64,000 bases of DNA, taken from Vicugna vicugna (Eukaryota). Below, in pieces: positions 1 through 13,559 of the stretch. Where the stretch lies: positions 2,025,520 to 2,089,519 of the forward strand of contig MU058844.1 in the NCBI GenBank assembly GCA_013265495.1. The letters run 5' to 3'. Position numbers and translations under genes: made by a program. Every line of letters begins with the position of its first letter. The stretch's first letter is position 1. The notes below the pieces were generated by a model that worked only from the letters and a program-made list of their open reading frames with translations, had not been told where the DNA came from and did not search any database.

Positions 1-161
1 CACAGGAAGGAAGCTAGCATGGCTGGAGCTGGTTAGTCGTTATAGGAGATTTGGTCAGTGAGATAGAAGGGAGCTAGAGTTTGTAGGGTCTGTAAGCGAC
101 TAGCATTTATTCTTATGAAGTTGTATGTCATTGAGGGCTATGAAAGAAAAATGACATGATC

Positions 162-445
162 TGTATTAATTAGAGTATAGCTAACTCCTGGAACAAACTG
201 ACTCAACGATGTAAAATTTCTCAAATCCAATAGATTTATATAATCATCCAAAGCAGGTGTTCCTTTTTGGCGTATGGTTTTCCTCTATTTTGGTGTATGA
301 TCTTCCTCTATTTGATAATCCAGGGACCCAGTCTGCACCCACCATCCTCTGGAGCCTGGTTGCCTACTTCATCTAGCCAGTGCAACAGGAAAGAGATTCT
401 AGCAATTTCCTAGGACTCAATGGCCTCTCTAGACACATGATATAC
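162..445 (-). mobile_element. MLT1-family (ERVL-MaLR) LTR fragment nested in L2
   Basis: Begins 'tgtattaattagagtatagctaactcctggaacaaa', resembling the reverse complement of an MLT1 3' end; contains 'aatccagggacccag'. L2 similarity resumes at ~447. Confidence 0.55.
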
Positions 446-1956
446 AACTTATACTTTAACAGGATCACTCTGGCTGCTGTGTTGAGAACAAACTATAAGG
501 GTGGAATGGGTGTTAAGTAGAGAAAATAGAAATAGAAAAGCGATCTTGCTCTTTTAATAAACCAAATAGGATAGGATGGTGGTTTGGGCCATAATCGTAT
601 CCATGGAGATAGTGAGCAGTCATGGGATTCTGTCTGTATTTTGAAAGGACAGATAGATAGATGTGGGATGTGATAGAAAAGGGGAAGTCAGGAATGACTC
701 GGTTTGAACTGTTGGAAGAACGAAGTTGCCATTTACAGATATGAGGAAAGTTGTATCAGAAGCAGTTTTTATCTGTAATTTAATTTTTGAGAAGTGGAGA
801 TTGGTACTTAAATTTTGGACATACTAAGTTTAAGATGCCTAGTAGACATTCAGATGGGTCAAGAGAACAATCAGGTATAGGAGTCTGGGTTTTGAGAGAG
901 AGCTCCGGCCTACAGCTAAAATTTGGGCATATAGATGCTTTTACAGTGACGATAAAATATCCTAGTGAGTGAATGTGGAAAAAGTAAAAGAAGATCTGAG
1001 GACTAAGTCTGAGTCTTGCAGCACTCCAATACTTAGAGGTCATTGCAATAAAAAATAACTAGCAAAGCAGTGAGGACGTATAGCCAGAAATTTAAGTAAA
1101 ATAAAACATGAGAAATGAGGAAATGATCTCAACAAGAGGAAAGAATAATCAGTCATGTGAAAAGATGCTAACAGATTATGAAAATTGAGCACTAATTCAT
1201 GCATCATTGGGCTTAATAATGTAAAAAAATCAGTCGCCAAAATATCAAGAAAATATTTGGTGGAGTAGTGGTGGTGATGGTGGTGGGTGAATGCATTCAA
1301 GGAAGAAGACAAATGAGAATAGCAAATAGAGACTTTTTTGAGGACTAATGTTATAAAGAGAAACAGAAAAGTAGGGTGATAGCTGGAAGAGGATGTGAAA
1401 TCAAAGGGGATTTTTAAGATGTGAAAGTCTATAGCGTATTTTTAAGTTAAATAGAATATCCCAGCAGAGAAGGAAAAAATGAAAGTGTTGATGAGGTAGG
1501 GATCAAATGCTGGAGAAATGCCCATGACTGGCCAATAAACTGAGGGGTTTGTCTTGAGAACAGTAATAGAATTTCCATAACAATAAAAGCAAATACAGGC
1601 AGGTAAATGGGGAGATGAAGTGGTGAGAACTTGTGGATGTAGGCTTTTGATTGCCTCTACTGTCTCACGGGAACAGGACCCAAAGGCACCATCTAAGAAT
1701 GAGGGGGAAGGAGAGTTTCAGAGGTTGGAAGTGGTCAGAAAGTAAATAACTAGGGGAGTGTGATATAATTGCTGCCATCATTCAGGACCCACTTAAGGTT
1801 AGTGACATGGATGTTTTTGTATGTTCCTCCGGCATATTTAATTATGTGGATCCACGAACCAAGTAGGTGGAAAAGGGGATTTAACCAAGGTGATGGGTAT
1901 GGTTAGCCAGGTGAGATGAAGGGAGAAAGGACAATGGAGTTGAAAATATGTGTTAA

Positions 1957-2112
1957 TCTAGCACAGGAAACTACAGTCAATATCTTGTAGTAACCTATAA
2001 TGAAAAAGAATATGAAAAGGAATAAATGTATGTATATGTATGATTGAAACATTAAGCTGTACACCAGAAATTGACACAACATTGTAAACTGACTGTACTT
2101 CAATTTAAAAAA
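1957..2112 (+). mobile_element. 5'-truncated L1 3' end (cetartiodactyl/camelid-type) with TSD
   Basis: 'agcacaggaaactacagtcaatatcttgtagtaacctataatgaaaaagaatatg...gctgtacaccagaaattgacacaacattgtaaactgactgtacttcaat' followed by an A-tail. TSD gaaaatatgtgttaa (1942-1956) / gaaaagatgtgtcaa (2113-2127), 13/15 match. Confidence 0.9.
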
Positions 2113-3828
2113 GAAAAGATGTGTCAAGTAATGATTATCATGTAGACAATGAAGTCTAAACTAAATGAGGAGCATGGACATGGTGGGAACGGTGAGAAGT
2201 TCATAGGGCTTTTAGTTGTAGGGTTGCTAGAGATGGGATACCAGGGGAACTGAGGTCAAAGGGGGCTAACTGAAATCAAGAAGGAGTGGCATGTACTGAT
2301 AATGACAAACTCTATAAAGTGTGACTGTGGGAGACTATTGGCTGGGGTAGAGTGAAGGACAAGGAGAAGGAAGAAATGGATGTCAGGAAACAGAGGCCAG
2401 AAAATTGGAAGGATTATTTATGTGGCTGTTGAAATCATCACATATGATCACATTAAGTAATGTTGGAAAGAATGACTGAGCCAGGAAACTCTTTTAAGAA
2501 ATGAATGGAGTGACCCAGAGCTTGGTAGATGTAAACAACAAAAAATTGGTGTAGTATTCTGATGACACGACATTTGACAGAGGATGTTTTTATGGAGGGA
2601 GGGAGGGAGAGCGGCCTGAGATGAGCAGCTTCTGAAAAAGAAGAGAAGACACCCAATTGGAATGATTAGGCGAGAGAAGAGCCAGTCTAGTGTTGATGAA
2701 GGACGTGGGAGAAAAAACTGCCACCACTTGTGACGGCTGCCAAGTAAGCAGTGATCTCAAAGGGAAGATGTAGTTCAATTGAAGTAACAAAATGAAGGCA
2801 GAGGGTCTGAATTAAAGGTAGGAGATTCTGTTGATGACTGACAGTGAGTCAGTTACAGAATACTCAATGATGTGTCAACTTCACAAAAGATATTTTGTGG
2901 TTTAGCCTCTAAGGTTTTATTTTTAAAACTACACACAATAATCACTTATCATATGTGTTCACAGATTTGGAAGGAGAGACACAAGTGATGCCAAATTTTC
3001 ATAACTGGTCTGAATATAAAACACATAGAGCCTTGGCTTGGTTCCAGTTACAGAAATCACTATTGTAACTATCTTTTGAGTTTAATTTCATTTTTCAGAA
3101 GAGGGGCCATGAGCAAGCATAAAAGCAAAAATTTATCAAACTGCCTGAAGGGAAAGATGTGAAAAATGCTGGCGAAAAACAATGACCTGGACAGGACAAG
3201 AAATGATACTAAGAGGACTTTGAAGAGTTTCTACCCAATTTTCCTAAGTTCCAGGAAGTTTTCTTAAGAGAAATGGTGGTGCTTGAAAACCACATCATTC
3301 CTAGGATAGTAGAGACTTCTGGTCAGCATATGTGACTTCATAGAGAAATAAATAATTCATATTGTAGACACACTTAATGATCTAAAGATGATTCTTTAAT
3401 ATAAAGTCATAAAGTAAGCAGGAAATGGATATGTGTCTTGTCGTCCCAAACTCTTTCAGGACTCAGTGGATAATAAATGGAAGTAACAACACAATTTTAG
3501 GGGCGGGGCTTGTTTTAGCTCTCCTCTCTGTCCAGACTTCTGTTAGCATGTGAAACAGGTATTTACCTTAATTAATTATATATGATGTGTGCCAGTGTAT
3601 TTGTATAACATTTCCTTATTAAAGGCAGTGAATGTTTTATGTTCAGCCTTTATATCTTCCACATTCTGCAAACAAGGTAGATATTCAAATATTGAATCAA
3701 CTTGAAAAACATGAGCAGTTCTTATTTTTCAAATTTCACATTTTTCACTATATGAGTGAATATCAAAACCAAGAAAAGTTTCAGAGGGTAAAAAGAAATG
3801 TTAAGGAGCATTAAATAAAAAATATTCA

Positions 3829-4034
3829 TACATAATATAATTGAAAGTTGTTAAGAGAGTAGATATTAAATGTTATCACCACCAAAAAAATAAAATTATG
3901 TGAGGGAATGGAGGTATAAACCTTACTGTGGTAATCATTTCACAATATATACATGTATTATATCACCATGTTGTGCACCTTAAACATACATATGTTATAT
4001 GTCAATAATATCTCAGTAAAACTGGAAAAATAAT
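3829..4034 (+). mobile_element. L1 3' end (L1MA9/L1MA10-like) with TSD
   Basis: 'gaaagttgttaagagagtagatattaaatgtt...gtggtaatcatttcacaatatatacatgta...caccttaaac...gtcaataatatctcagtaaaactggaaaaa'. TSD aaaaatattca at 3818-3828 and 4035-4045. Confidence 0.85.
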
Positions 4035-5289
4035 AAAAATATTCAAGGAGAGTTAAGTAAAAATAACCAAGAATGAATCTAGACATATTTGTGGTTAGCA
4101 TTTGTAACTCATCATTTCTTTTCCTTCTTCTTTTTGCTGGATAGTAGTTATGTGGAAAAATTTCAGCTCTGGGGAGTAGGCAGTTAGTTAACATTTTTGA
4201 ATGAGTGTGAATGCACTGATGACTTTTCCATAAAGAAAATGTCAACCTTTAATGTAACGTATGTAGAAACTAGCTTTCTCATTATCTAGTGTCAACATCA
4301 CTTTCAAGCAAACAGCCTGTCAACCAAGAAATAGTTAAAACCAAGTTGCATTTTTACTAAGGTCTCTCTTGTAATTACCAAAAAGGAAGAGATGGAAAAT
4401 ATATTCTTAACGCTTAATAAAATCTTCTAATATATGTCCTTTCATCATATCTCTTATTTTAAAATATCTCCCACAAAGAAATGGCTCTCCCAAATGTCTC
4501 TTCTTTCTGATCTGCCCCCAACTTTCCTTGACTTTTGCTTATGTTAATCTTGAATTTTTCCTCCATTGCCTTTATTCTACCCTCTGATCTGCTACAACCT
4601 TCATTTACATAAAAGTGGCCAGAAGTCTCTTGGCAATACTGAATTCTTTAGCTGAAGTGGGAAGGAAACTTGGGCTGTGAAAACTCAAACTTTAATATCT
4701 TACTCTTGGCTAAACAAATTGTAGTGGGGCTTGAGTAGAAGTCAGTGAGAAAAAGAAATTTTGTATTTGATCGTCAGGATTTTAAACTAAAGAACTAGGA
4801 AGAGGTATTTACATTAAATCAGAGGATTTTTGCTTAATCCTTGTTTTAGTTTAAATTGGAATAGGAATGAAAATTCATGGCTTTTGTTCCATATATGGAT
4901 TCATTCCCCATCCAGACATTCTCTTCCCCGTGCTCTCTGAGACCCCAGAATCTTAGGGATTTTCTCACTGCCATCCCCGTGCAAGAGAGGAGCATTCAAG
5001 AAGCTGCTTCTAACACAGAGCTGTGTAGAAGGTTGAGGGAAAAAGGAACTACTGTTTTCCAGAAGGTCCTTAAAGTGAAACAGACCACAAATTCTCTAAT
5101 TAGCAAGAGCAGACCCAAGGCAAGCAGGCAGCCTTCTGTTTACCTCAAGACTAGGAAGGAGACCGGCTGGCTTTCCCTTAAAGATAACAAATGCTATTTA
5201 TCACTGTGTGAAAGAATCTTGCCAGATTAAGTGTATTTGGAAAAAAGAAAAGTTCACAGTGGTATTTTTTTAAACTCTTAAAGAAAATG

Positions 5290-5445
5290 AATTTGGTATA
5301 AGAAGAGGCTTTGTATGTCAAGCTAGCCCTGTACTGACCTGTCCTTCCTTCAGTATAAAATTAAAGTAACAGTACTTGGCCTATACTCAGCCTCTCAAAT
5401 TTGTTGTGAAGATCACACAAGATGATTCTTGTGATGGCATTAGAA
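5290..5445 (+). mobile_element. MIR SINE fragment
   Basis: Core-like 'ttccttcagtataaaat...cctctcaaatttgttgtgaagatcacacaagatgat'. Confidence 0.5.
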
Positions 5446-6309
5446 GAAATAAGTGATAGTTTTCCATTTACATTATACAAATGTATTGTTCTGACCTCCT
5501 GATTATTATAATTTTTATTATTAGGCCAGTTTAGAAATAGTGCTTTCTTGAAATAAAATTAATAGGGAGGTTTGACTACTGGGCTCCTGTGGAGCCTTTT
5601 AGAAAATAATTGAATATTAAATAATCATTTAAAAATCACTTGAATGCAACATTAGCTTTGAGGCTTCTAGGCTGTAGTATACATTTAATATGTATAGTAC
5701 TGTTTTCTTTGATATTTGCATGTATGATGAAAGAGGCAAACTTCTATTAAAAAATGAAAACTAATGAGATGCACATAATACCGAAAGAAAAAAGGGAGGA
5801 ACAAAATAATCAAAACAACTGGTTGGAGACAGCAGACTATCTTCATAATGCAAAAGAAGCAAAATGCTTGCTGAGATCTCCTCGAAATAAATAATAAATA
5901 TAAATGTAAGTGACTTTAATATTGAATTAGAACACAAAGGAAACCAGTTTAGTGTCAGTATAACATTTATGGTATGTACAAAAGTTTTGTTTGTAAGTAG
6001 GAAATTCACTTGGTAAGCCAATACGGGTTGGTATTGGTCGATATCACCAGTAACTGTTCTATGCCAGGCCTTGTCAATTGGAAGAGACTTCAGTAATGCT
6101 CTAGCTTTTTCCTTGTAGAGTCTACTATGGAGATTTAGACTGAGAAAATTCTTTATTGTGCTTTGGAAACGCTTGGCATCCTTGTTCTCAGGGAACTGAA
6201 CATTAGGAGGCTCTCCTGGTCATTTTGACAAACAAAATTGTCAAAATAGCTTTTACCAACTTCCAGTACCCCATGGTTGGTGGTCAGTCTCACCCCACCT
6301 TTCCCAAGA

Positions 6310-6430
6310 GCCACATCATTTTACACGTCAGGAATCAGAGTCCCAAGGAAGTTAATTGATTCTCCAAAAGCCACAGAGTGGCAGACCTGGGAAGTGACTT
6401 TTCCATCTTGGTGCTTTTCCACTACCTCAA
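6310..6430 (-). mobile_element. MIR SINE fragment
   Basis: 'cattttacacgtcaggaatcagagtcccaaggaagttaattgatttctccaaaagccacagagtggcagacctggga' resembles the antisense MIR core. Confidence 0.6.
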
Positions 6431-8049
6431 ACTGCCGCCTCTCCAAGTCCCCTTAAAGTGCGATGGACCAACTCTGGATAACTACGCAACAAACTTCTAA
6501 CAGAGATTACCTTTCTACAGTGGGAATGAAGAGACAGCAGTGAAGAGAATTTCACCTTTTCTTCATGTGCCTATGAATTTTTTTTAATAATTTACACTTT
6601 AGATTTGTGATATTTTAAATAAAAATAAATTCTATTTGGTGTCTTTTTCTTCTGTTCCTATGACAGTTTAGAGAACATTTTGTAACACTCCCTGGATTCC
6701 ATTTTTATACATTACAATCAATGACACTGAATACGCTTCTAGAGATGTTATTTTTCTGCATGATTATCACTACTACTCTGTCTGTCCCTTTTAAATATTA
6801 AGATTTCTGAATAGGATTTTCTTTCCATTTGCTTTTCCCATTGTTTTTGTTTTTCTCCTCCTTCCACCTTACTATGTGAGATTGATGAAATGTTCCACAT
6901 CTCATATTTTGGTGCCCATGTACAGAAAAATAGCAAAATTGTGGCAGGATAAAATAGGTTAGACAACTGAAAACAAACAACAAAATAAAATTTTTTTGAA
7001 TCACATGTTTACAAATGTGTTTTTTCAATAAAGGCAGAGGCAGACTAGATTAAGTCATTTCCAGTACTAACAAGTAAGATACCCATTTGAGAATCAATAG
7101 CGTCGCTTACTGACGAAGGATCACTAAAACCAAATTAAGACCGCCCTCTTAAGTGGTGTACAGACTACAATCTTTGGCGCATTATTCATTTATTCACATA
7201 TTTTCTTCACTGAAGCCTTTCATCTTGTGTAAATTCAGATGGGAATTAAGTTGAAATGAAAAGTAACTCAATGTACTATCACGACCTATCCCCTGGAATG
7301 GGGCCGACTTCTCTCTCCCTCTTTCCTGATGTCCACACTTGCTGGGACTTAGCATCTCCTCTGAATTTATTGCTGTCATAGAAACATGTGTTCCTAGTTG
7401 ACCTTTTGTTTTTCAAGGGGAAAGATAAACATGCCACCCACCTCGGGGACCCAAATAGAGGCTAGTCCCAGAGAATTGCACCTTCCCAGCTGCAGAGTCT
7501 GCCTTGCATAGGACAGCAGCCATCTCTCAGCCTCGTTGGCAGCAACAAGCAGAGAATGGACGCCAGCTGTACTAGGGCTGGAGCTTTGTGAACCCTTTCC
7601 TATTAGGCTACATCCTGTCTGTCTTTTAAGAGTGAAGAAATGTTTCAGGTCAAATAAAGAATAGTCTTATGTAATATAACCCCCAGGATTAATCTTTTGC
7701 ACATAACAGCCGGCAGGCCACCTGAGGTGAAGGGCAAGTAGTAAAATATCTCCAACTGGACATAATGGAAATATACTACATGTTATAGATTAGAATGCTT
7801 AAAGGGAGGAAAAGTCTGATGTTTTAAGTCATGCCCACTGTCGGTGAATTTTAGATTTGGAAGATACTTTGGGTATTGAGACTTGGAATCTGGACTTAAA
7901 TCATAGCAATGATGCATCTAGCATATCCTTAGTCGTTTGTGTAGAGTTTTCAAAAAGTGCCACCTCTAAGGATATGCCATTGTGTGTCTTTGTGTAATGC
8001 TTTAGCTACACAAGTGCTGTATGAAAAAGCCTACATGTGTGTCTATCTG

Positions 8050-8960
8050 TATACTTGGCATTTTGATTTAGATGTTTCAGAAATATCTCAGACTTAGCAG
8101 AGAACTCTTGGTTTCTTCCACAAACTTGCCATGCCATGCCATTCCCCATTTCAGTAAATGGAAGACAAATATAGACAGTTGTTTAAGCCAAAAGTGTGGT
8201 TATTCTAGAGCCCTCCCCTTCCCCTTTGGAACCCCTGCCCCGTTTGCCACATTTAAACTGTCAGAAAGTTCATCAGTCTCACCTCCAAAGTGCTTCTGGA
8301 ATATGCCTTCTAAGGGAGCCTACAGCAGTAGCCTTTAGTTAATCTTTCTCCCATACATCCCACCAGCATATTTTCATTCCTCACACAGCATCCAAAGTGT
8401 TCTTTTACAGAGCCAACCAGGCTAGGTCATTTTCTCTTCTAAAACCTGTAGGTGTCTTCCAAATTTTCTTGGAGTTAAACTCAACCTTTTTATCATGACC
8501 TAAAAGGCCATGCAGAGTCTGACCTCTGCCTAGCTCTCTACAGCTCCCACCATTATCTACCCTTACTCATTGCATTCCATACTCTTCCCTCAAACTAAGA
8601 GGCTGTTTCCTGCTCAGAGATTTACATATGCTGATCCTCTGCCTGAACTACTCTTTCCCTAGAACTTCACATGACAAGAAACTTCACTCAGCACTGTGCT
8701 CTAACAGCACCTCTTCAGAAAAGCCCTCCCTGGCAACACTCTTAATAAGAAAGATAAAATTCAATTAATTAAATGAATTAAAACACTTAATGAGAGAAAA
8801 CCCTTTCCTAGTTACTAGGATATCACCCAGTGTATTTTCTCTGTACCAGTTATTTCAGTCAAAGTTTATCTTGTTTGTTTCCCTATTTACTGACTGTCTC
8901 GCTCTACTAGAAAGTAGGCACCTCAACTGTGCCTCAGACATCACTTGGCAACATGGTGCA
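8050..8960 (+). mobile_element. L2 LINE 3' region
   Basis: Pyrimidine-rich L2 motifs: 'ccccatttcagtaaatgg', 'tcatgacctaaaaggccatgcagagtctgacctctgcctagctctc', 'cacctcttcagaaaagccctccctg'. Confidence 0.8.
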
Positions 8961-10019
8961 AACTTCATATAAATATACACATACACATACCTATTTTTAT
9001 AAGTGGAAATTATTCCTAACATCATGGGATAACTCATTTCTCCTATCCCTGCCTATCATCAGTGACACCTAGGTTCAATTTCTTTTTCACTCATGTTTTA
9101 GTCTCCTCACATCTAGAATTAAAGAGGAGCGCAACTGAGACTTACTGTGAAGGGAAAAAAATGGGTTCATCCATAGCTAGTGTTGGGTGGTTCCTAGGTA
9201 GTAAACTGAGTCCCTCAGTCACCATTCCGCAAAGAATTCTTCCCAGGAAAGCACTGTGAGTTACTGCTTTAAAGGAGATTTAAAAACATCTCGCCCTGCC
9301 TGGTTTGGCATAGAAGAGTGAATAAACATGCTTAAACTCACTACATGCTTCAGGGCATTCGTGTATAGCTTAATATATCACACTCTGAAAACTTCTTTCT
9401 CCCGGAAAACACGCTCATACCATCCAAACAGAACACACCCTTTATTGAGTCCAATGAGCTCCTGGGTGGTCTGGCACTAAAATCCTCCCACTGATAGCTT
9501 AGTGTATTCTTCATAGTGTTCTGAACACAAAGAAGTCAAAGATCCACTCATTATATTATGTTATACATTGTTAGCATTAAAAAGTATAACTTCACTTACA
9601 ATTATCACAGATGATTTTGTTGTAAGAACAACAGACATCTATTTATGCCTATGCTTTTAATTCTATAACCAGGGGTACCAAACTTTTCACAGTTGTATCT
9701 TGGTATTTATTATTTATTACCTTCATTTTGTATCTAAATATATCTTCAGCCAGCAAATTATAACACATATATTTTTCCTCTTTCCTTCTTGATTTTAATG
9801 AGTTCCCGTAAACTTTTTATGTATGTATCATATTTGTTTCTTTTCTCCTCTCTGTGTCACAGTCTAGATTAGGTGATTCTAAGAGTCTGTAACACAGCTC
9901 AGTTAGAAATCAGACGTACGTTAGTGTGAGTTCCTCCGTCGCATCTCCTCCTCAGGCAGCCTCTGACTTTGGCTGTGAAATTCCATTTCTTCAAAACTTG
10001 ACGGTTTGGAAACTTTCGT

Positions 10020-10225
10020 TCTCTAAAGTTTTAGAAGTTTCAAGGTGAATTGTCAAAGGGTGTGATGTGATCAAGAGGGGGAAAGGGGCAGAGAGCAAGG
10101 TTGTGAGATCCCACAGGTTTCCATCCAGCCGAGAAGACACTCTTATCTCTTTTACATATTAGACTTTTGAATAGTACTTGTTTTGAAGAAATCATTTCCA
10201 GTCCAAAAAAATGTGAAGATCATCA
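10020..10225. mobile_element. Possible hAT-Charlie MITE remnant
   Basis: 'cttatctcttttacatattagacttttgaatagtacttgttttgaagaaa...aaaaaaatgtgaagatcatc' resembles the end of old Charlie-type MITEs; family not resolved. Confidence 0.35.
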
Positions 10226-11469
10226 TTTGATTCATGATTTGTGCAACTCCGGACAACACGAGACAAGCACCAGGCTGAGGTAGGCTTAGGATACCTGAGA
10301 CCACTACCCAAAGAAGCAGAGTCTGTGAGGCACTGAACTGTTTACACTTCCAGAACTCTGAGGCCTGGAGATGTGGCCCTCAGGACCCAGGCTTGTGGGA
10401 GGAGCTCAGGCCCTCCCACATGTGTGCTTGGGAACTTTCATTTCTAAAAATAATTTGATCATCTTGATAGTCCCTTGCTGGTCGCAACGTTTGCAAATAT
10501 TTTTGCCCCACCAGTCCTGCCTGCTTCTTTGCATCTTTGAGTTGAAGAGTTAAAATCTAGTAAGATTGTGTCTGGGAAAATAACTTTTCATTTCTACTGG
10601 AGGCCATCTCTGCCCTCAACAAGACTCACCAGGTAGAGAAGTGACCTAAAAGAGGAAAAGGTTTGAGAGGGTGACTGTAGAAAATGAACTTGATTACAGG
10701 TGTCATTTTTAGTGTGATATTTCACAATTTATACTCATTTAAATGTCCAAACCTCTACTTTCTCAACTCTAAGGGAAAGTCCTTAATTTCTATTTGCCTC
10801 TCTATATATTATTTGGTTACTTTCAGTAATATCAAAATTCTATCAAGATTTAGTTAAAAGTCACTCCCAAATCCAATACTTTTATTATATAAAATAAAAA
10901 TGTTCTGTGCTTAACTCATTTCATGTATACTTCTGCAGCCACATTTTGTAGAATGTCTTTAGTTAGTCCCTTTTTCCACCAAAATTGCTCACTGTCAATA
11001 GATTAAAACAATACCTGGTGTCTAGGCTACATATATATATTATCTTGCCCTTATAATAGCTCTCTTTCCTTCACTTATTCCAAGCTAAAACTCTTAATCC
11101 AGCTGCTACTTTGCCTGAAACCACTGACATATCCTAATATCCTTTTACCAGGACCCAGCTGTGGCTTCATCCATTGTTGCATTACTGAAAATAAGGAACA
11201 GAGGTCTTCATTCTTGATCCACTATGTGGAAGAAGTTCTAATATTTTGTAATTGTACAGCCTCCAAAATAAATCCATGTTCTCCTATCATCTGAAGCTTA
11301 CATAAAAGCTTCTTTGGAAGCTTACATAAAATATTCCCTGAGCCACAAATATGACATAATAATCAAAGTTCCTAAGTAACCCATTAGTAGGCAGCTTCTC
11401 TCATTTTTTACTAAGCTGAATGCATTCATATAACATGTTATCTTAAAAAATCTTGTATATATTGAAATT

Positions 11470-12190
11470 CAATTCATTTGAACAAACACAGGTTGAGAGG
11501 AACTATGAATCAGCCTGTTCCAGGTGAAGGGAAAAGAAACTAGATAAGACGAAGTCTCTACCTTCAAGAGGTTATGAACTAACAGAGGAGAAAGAGTGAA
11601 CAAAGATTGCAGTATTTTGTGAAAAGTCCAAGAATAGAAGTAGGTTTAAGATACAGTGGTAATATACTGGAAGCAGAGGGAGGAATGGAGTTTTGTCTCA
11701 GGATAGAGATCACATTTCTTTGAGTGGATATTATTTAGCTGGGTTTTGAAGGACACACAGGAAAATTCCAGAGTTGAACAAGAAAGAGAAGGCCAGTCTG
11801 ACCAGAAGGAACAGCATGCATAAAAGTTCAAAACTTGAAGCATCATTAAGTAAAGAATTTTATGCAATGACTTAATAAGCTAGATGTGGCAGATAAGTAT
11901 ATAGGAACCAAAACATGCAGGTTCTTGTATGCCAGCTAAAGGCGTTTAGCAATAATTTAGTTTTAATCCTGCAGGTGATGGGAAGCTGCTGGGGGAATTT
12001 TTAAACAAGGAAATGACATGTTCAGACTTATATTTTACTTTTGTTAGAGATACCCCTCTTGGCAGCATGTGTGGAGGAAAGGATGGAAGAGGGTAAGACT
12101 GCAAGTAAGACTAGTTGAATAAGAAACTATTCCAGTAGTACATACAAGAGATGGTAAAAACTTAGCGACTAACAAAGGGTAGTTGTTGAC
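11470..12190 (-). mobile_element. L2 LINE 3' region
   Basis: Starts 'aattcatttgaacaaacac' (antisense L2 tail); also 'atttagctgggttttgaagga', 'aggtgatgggaagctgctggggga...aaacaaggaaatgacatgttcagactta'. Weaker L2-like sequence continues to ~13100. Confidence 0.75.
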
Positions 12191-13559
12191 TTGATTCCCA
12201 TGTATCTTGCTTAGGAGAGTATATGCCACTTAAGTCAGGAAATAAGAGACAAGAGATCAGAAACGAGCAGAGAAATGTAACTTCTAGTGAGATATTTTAG
12301 TGCAAATAGGCAATAGTTTCTGTGGGTCAGGCACTTTGCAGAAAAGTCTAAAGTAGAGATAACAAAGTTGAAAGGCACCTGCATATAGGTTTTGGGGGTT
12401 CAGGTTTCCTAGGCGAGAAGATGAGACTGAGAAAGATTTGAAGTCAGAAACATAGAAATTTAAATAGCAGGCAAAACATTTCCAACAAATGCATCATATA
12501 CATAGGAAGAAAACCAAAAGAAAATGGCAGAGAAACCAAGGGCACAGAGTTTCTAAAATAAGGAATAACAAAAAAATAAAATGTCATAGTGAGACCAAGT
12601 CCATTTGATTTGGTCATCAGATCATTTATTATCTGCCAGAGCTGCTTCCACAATACTGTATGACTAAAAGAAGGAAGTGTAAATTTTTTTCCCAAAAACT
12701 ATCTAGAAAGCAATGGAATGTATTGGAGAAATTGCTCAAAGATGGAGAGATTAAGCGTATACCTAAGCTGAAAGGAAGGATTTATAGAAAATAAAATTTG
12801 AAGGAAAAACAAACCAAGGTTTAGAGAAGAGATGAAAAGTGTAAATGGGGTTTTTTAGCCTTAACACAAATAGGGGGAATTTCCTTTTGAAGACTTGAGA
12901 GAAGGGAAAAAATATTCTTGTGGATGGAGAAGCTATTGTAATTAGAATGGTAGAATGCTGAGTCATTTGGTCCCTGATGGTCTCACATTTCTGTGGTAGG
13001 AGGAATAATTTGCTTAGAGTGGACTACTATTTATGGATTGAATGAGGTTTTGGAGGTGTGACAGATTTGAAATAGCTACTGGAGAAATTTAAGAGGAAGT
13101 TTATCAAAGAGGAGCAGAGCAAGTGTCTTTCTATGTTCATTATAAAATTTTCTATCTTTATTTCTTATGTCATTTTTCCATCTCTATATATTACAGAAGT
13201 ATACTTAAATAACTCAATAGTCTCTTGTTTCTCATTTTCTTTCTTAATTGTATTCTGTTATTTTTCCTCTCTCCTCTTCCACACTGCCTCAAATTTTTAA
13301 GACTTCCTGTTTTCCCTCTTCAAGATTCCTACTGCTGACAGTTGACAATTACCAAGACCCTAAGAGGGACCAAAGGGGAACATTCAGGCTTGAGAACAGC
13401 CAGATTACAGTTTTAAACTTCCTGTTTCATTCTTACAGCATTTTTTCTTCTACTTCTACGTCTGTATGGCCTGTGCCTGCACTGATCATCCAGTAGTCTC
13501 CTTGTTCATTTTGATCCTGGAATTTTGAAATGCTGCTTTAAAGTATGTTGTAATCCAAC

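Larger units (their letters stand above)
1..2850 (-). mobile_element. L2 LINE, long decayed copy interrupted by an MLT1-like LTR and an L1 3' end
   Basis: Antisense L2 hallmarks: 'aggatcactctggctgctgtgttgagaac' (~460) and 'aattttggacatactaagtttaagatgcctagtagacattcagatgg' (~811); purine-rich + strand. Boundaries approximate. Confidence 0.8.

Noticed and set aside
3500..3509. Perfect GC box GGGGCGGGGC
   Set aside because: Isolated site without a CpG island or other promoter evidence.
4877..5230. 117-aa ATG-initiated ORF in non-repeat DNA
   Set aside because: No recognisable domain or homology, no promoter or splice context; ORFs of this length are expected by chance in 64 kb.
6018..6247. Short hairpins ccaatac/gtattgg (6018-6037) and attttgacaa/ttgtcaaaat (6222-6247)
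   Set aside because: Stems of 7-10 bp are expected by chance in AT-rich DNA; there is no miRNA-length stem or ncRNA box motif.
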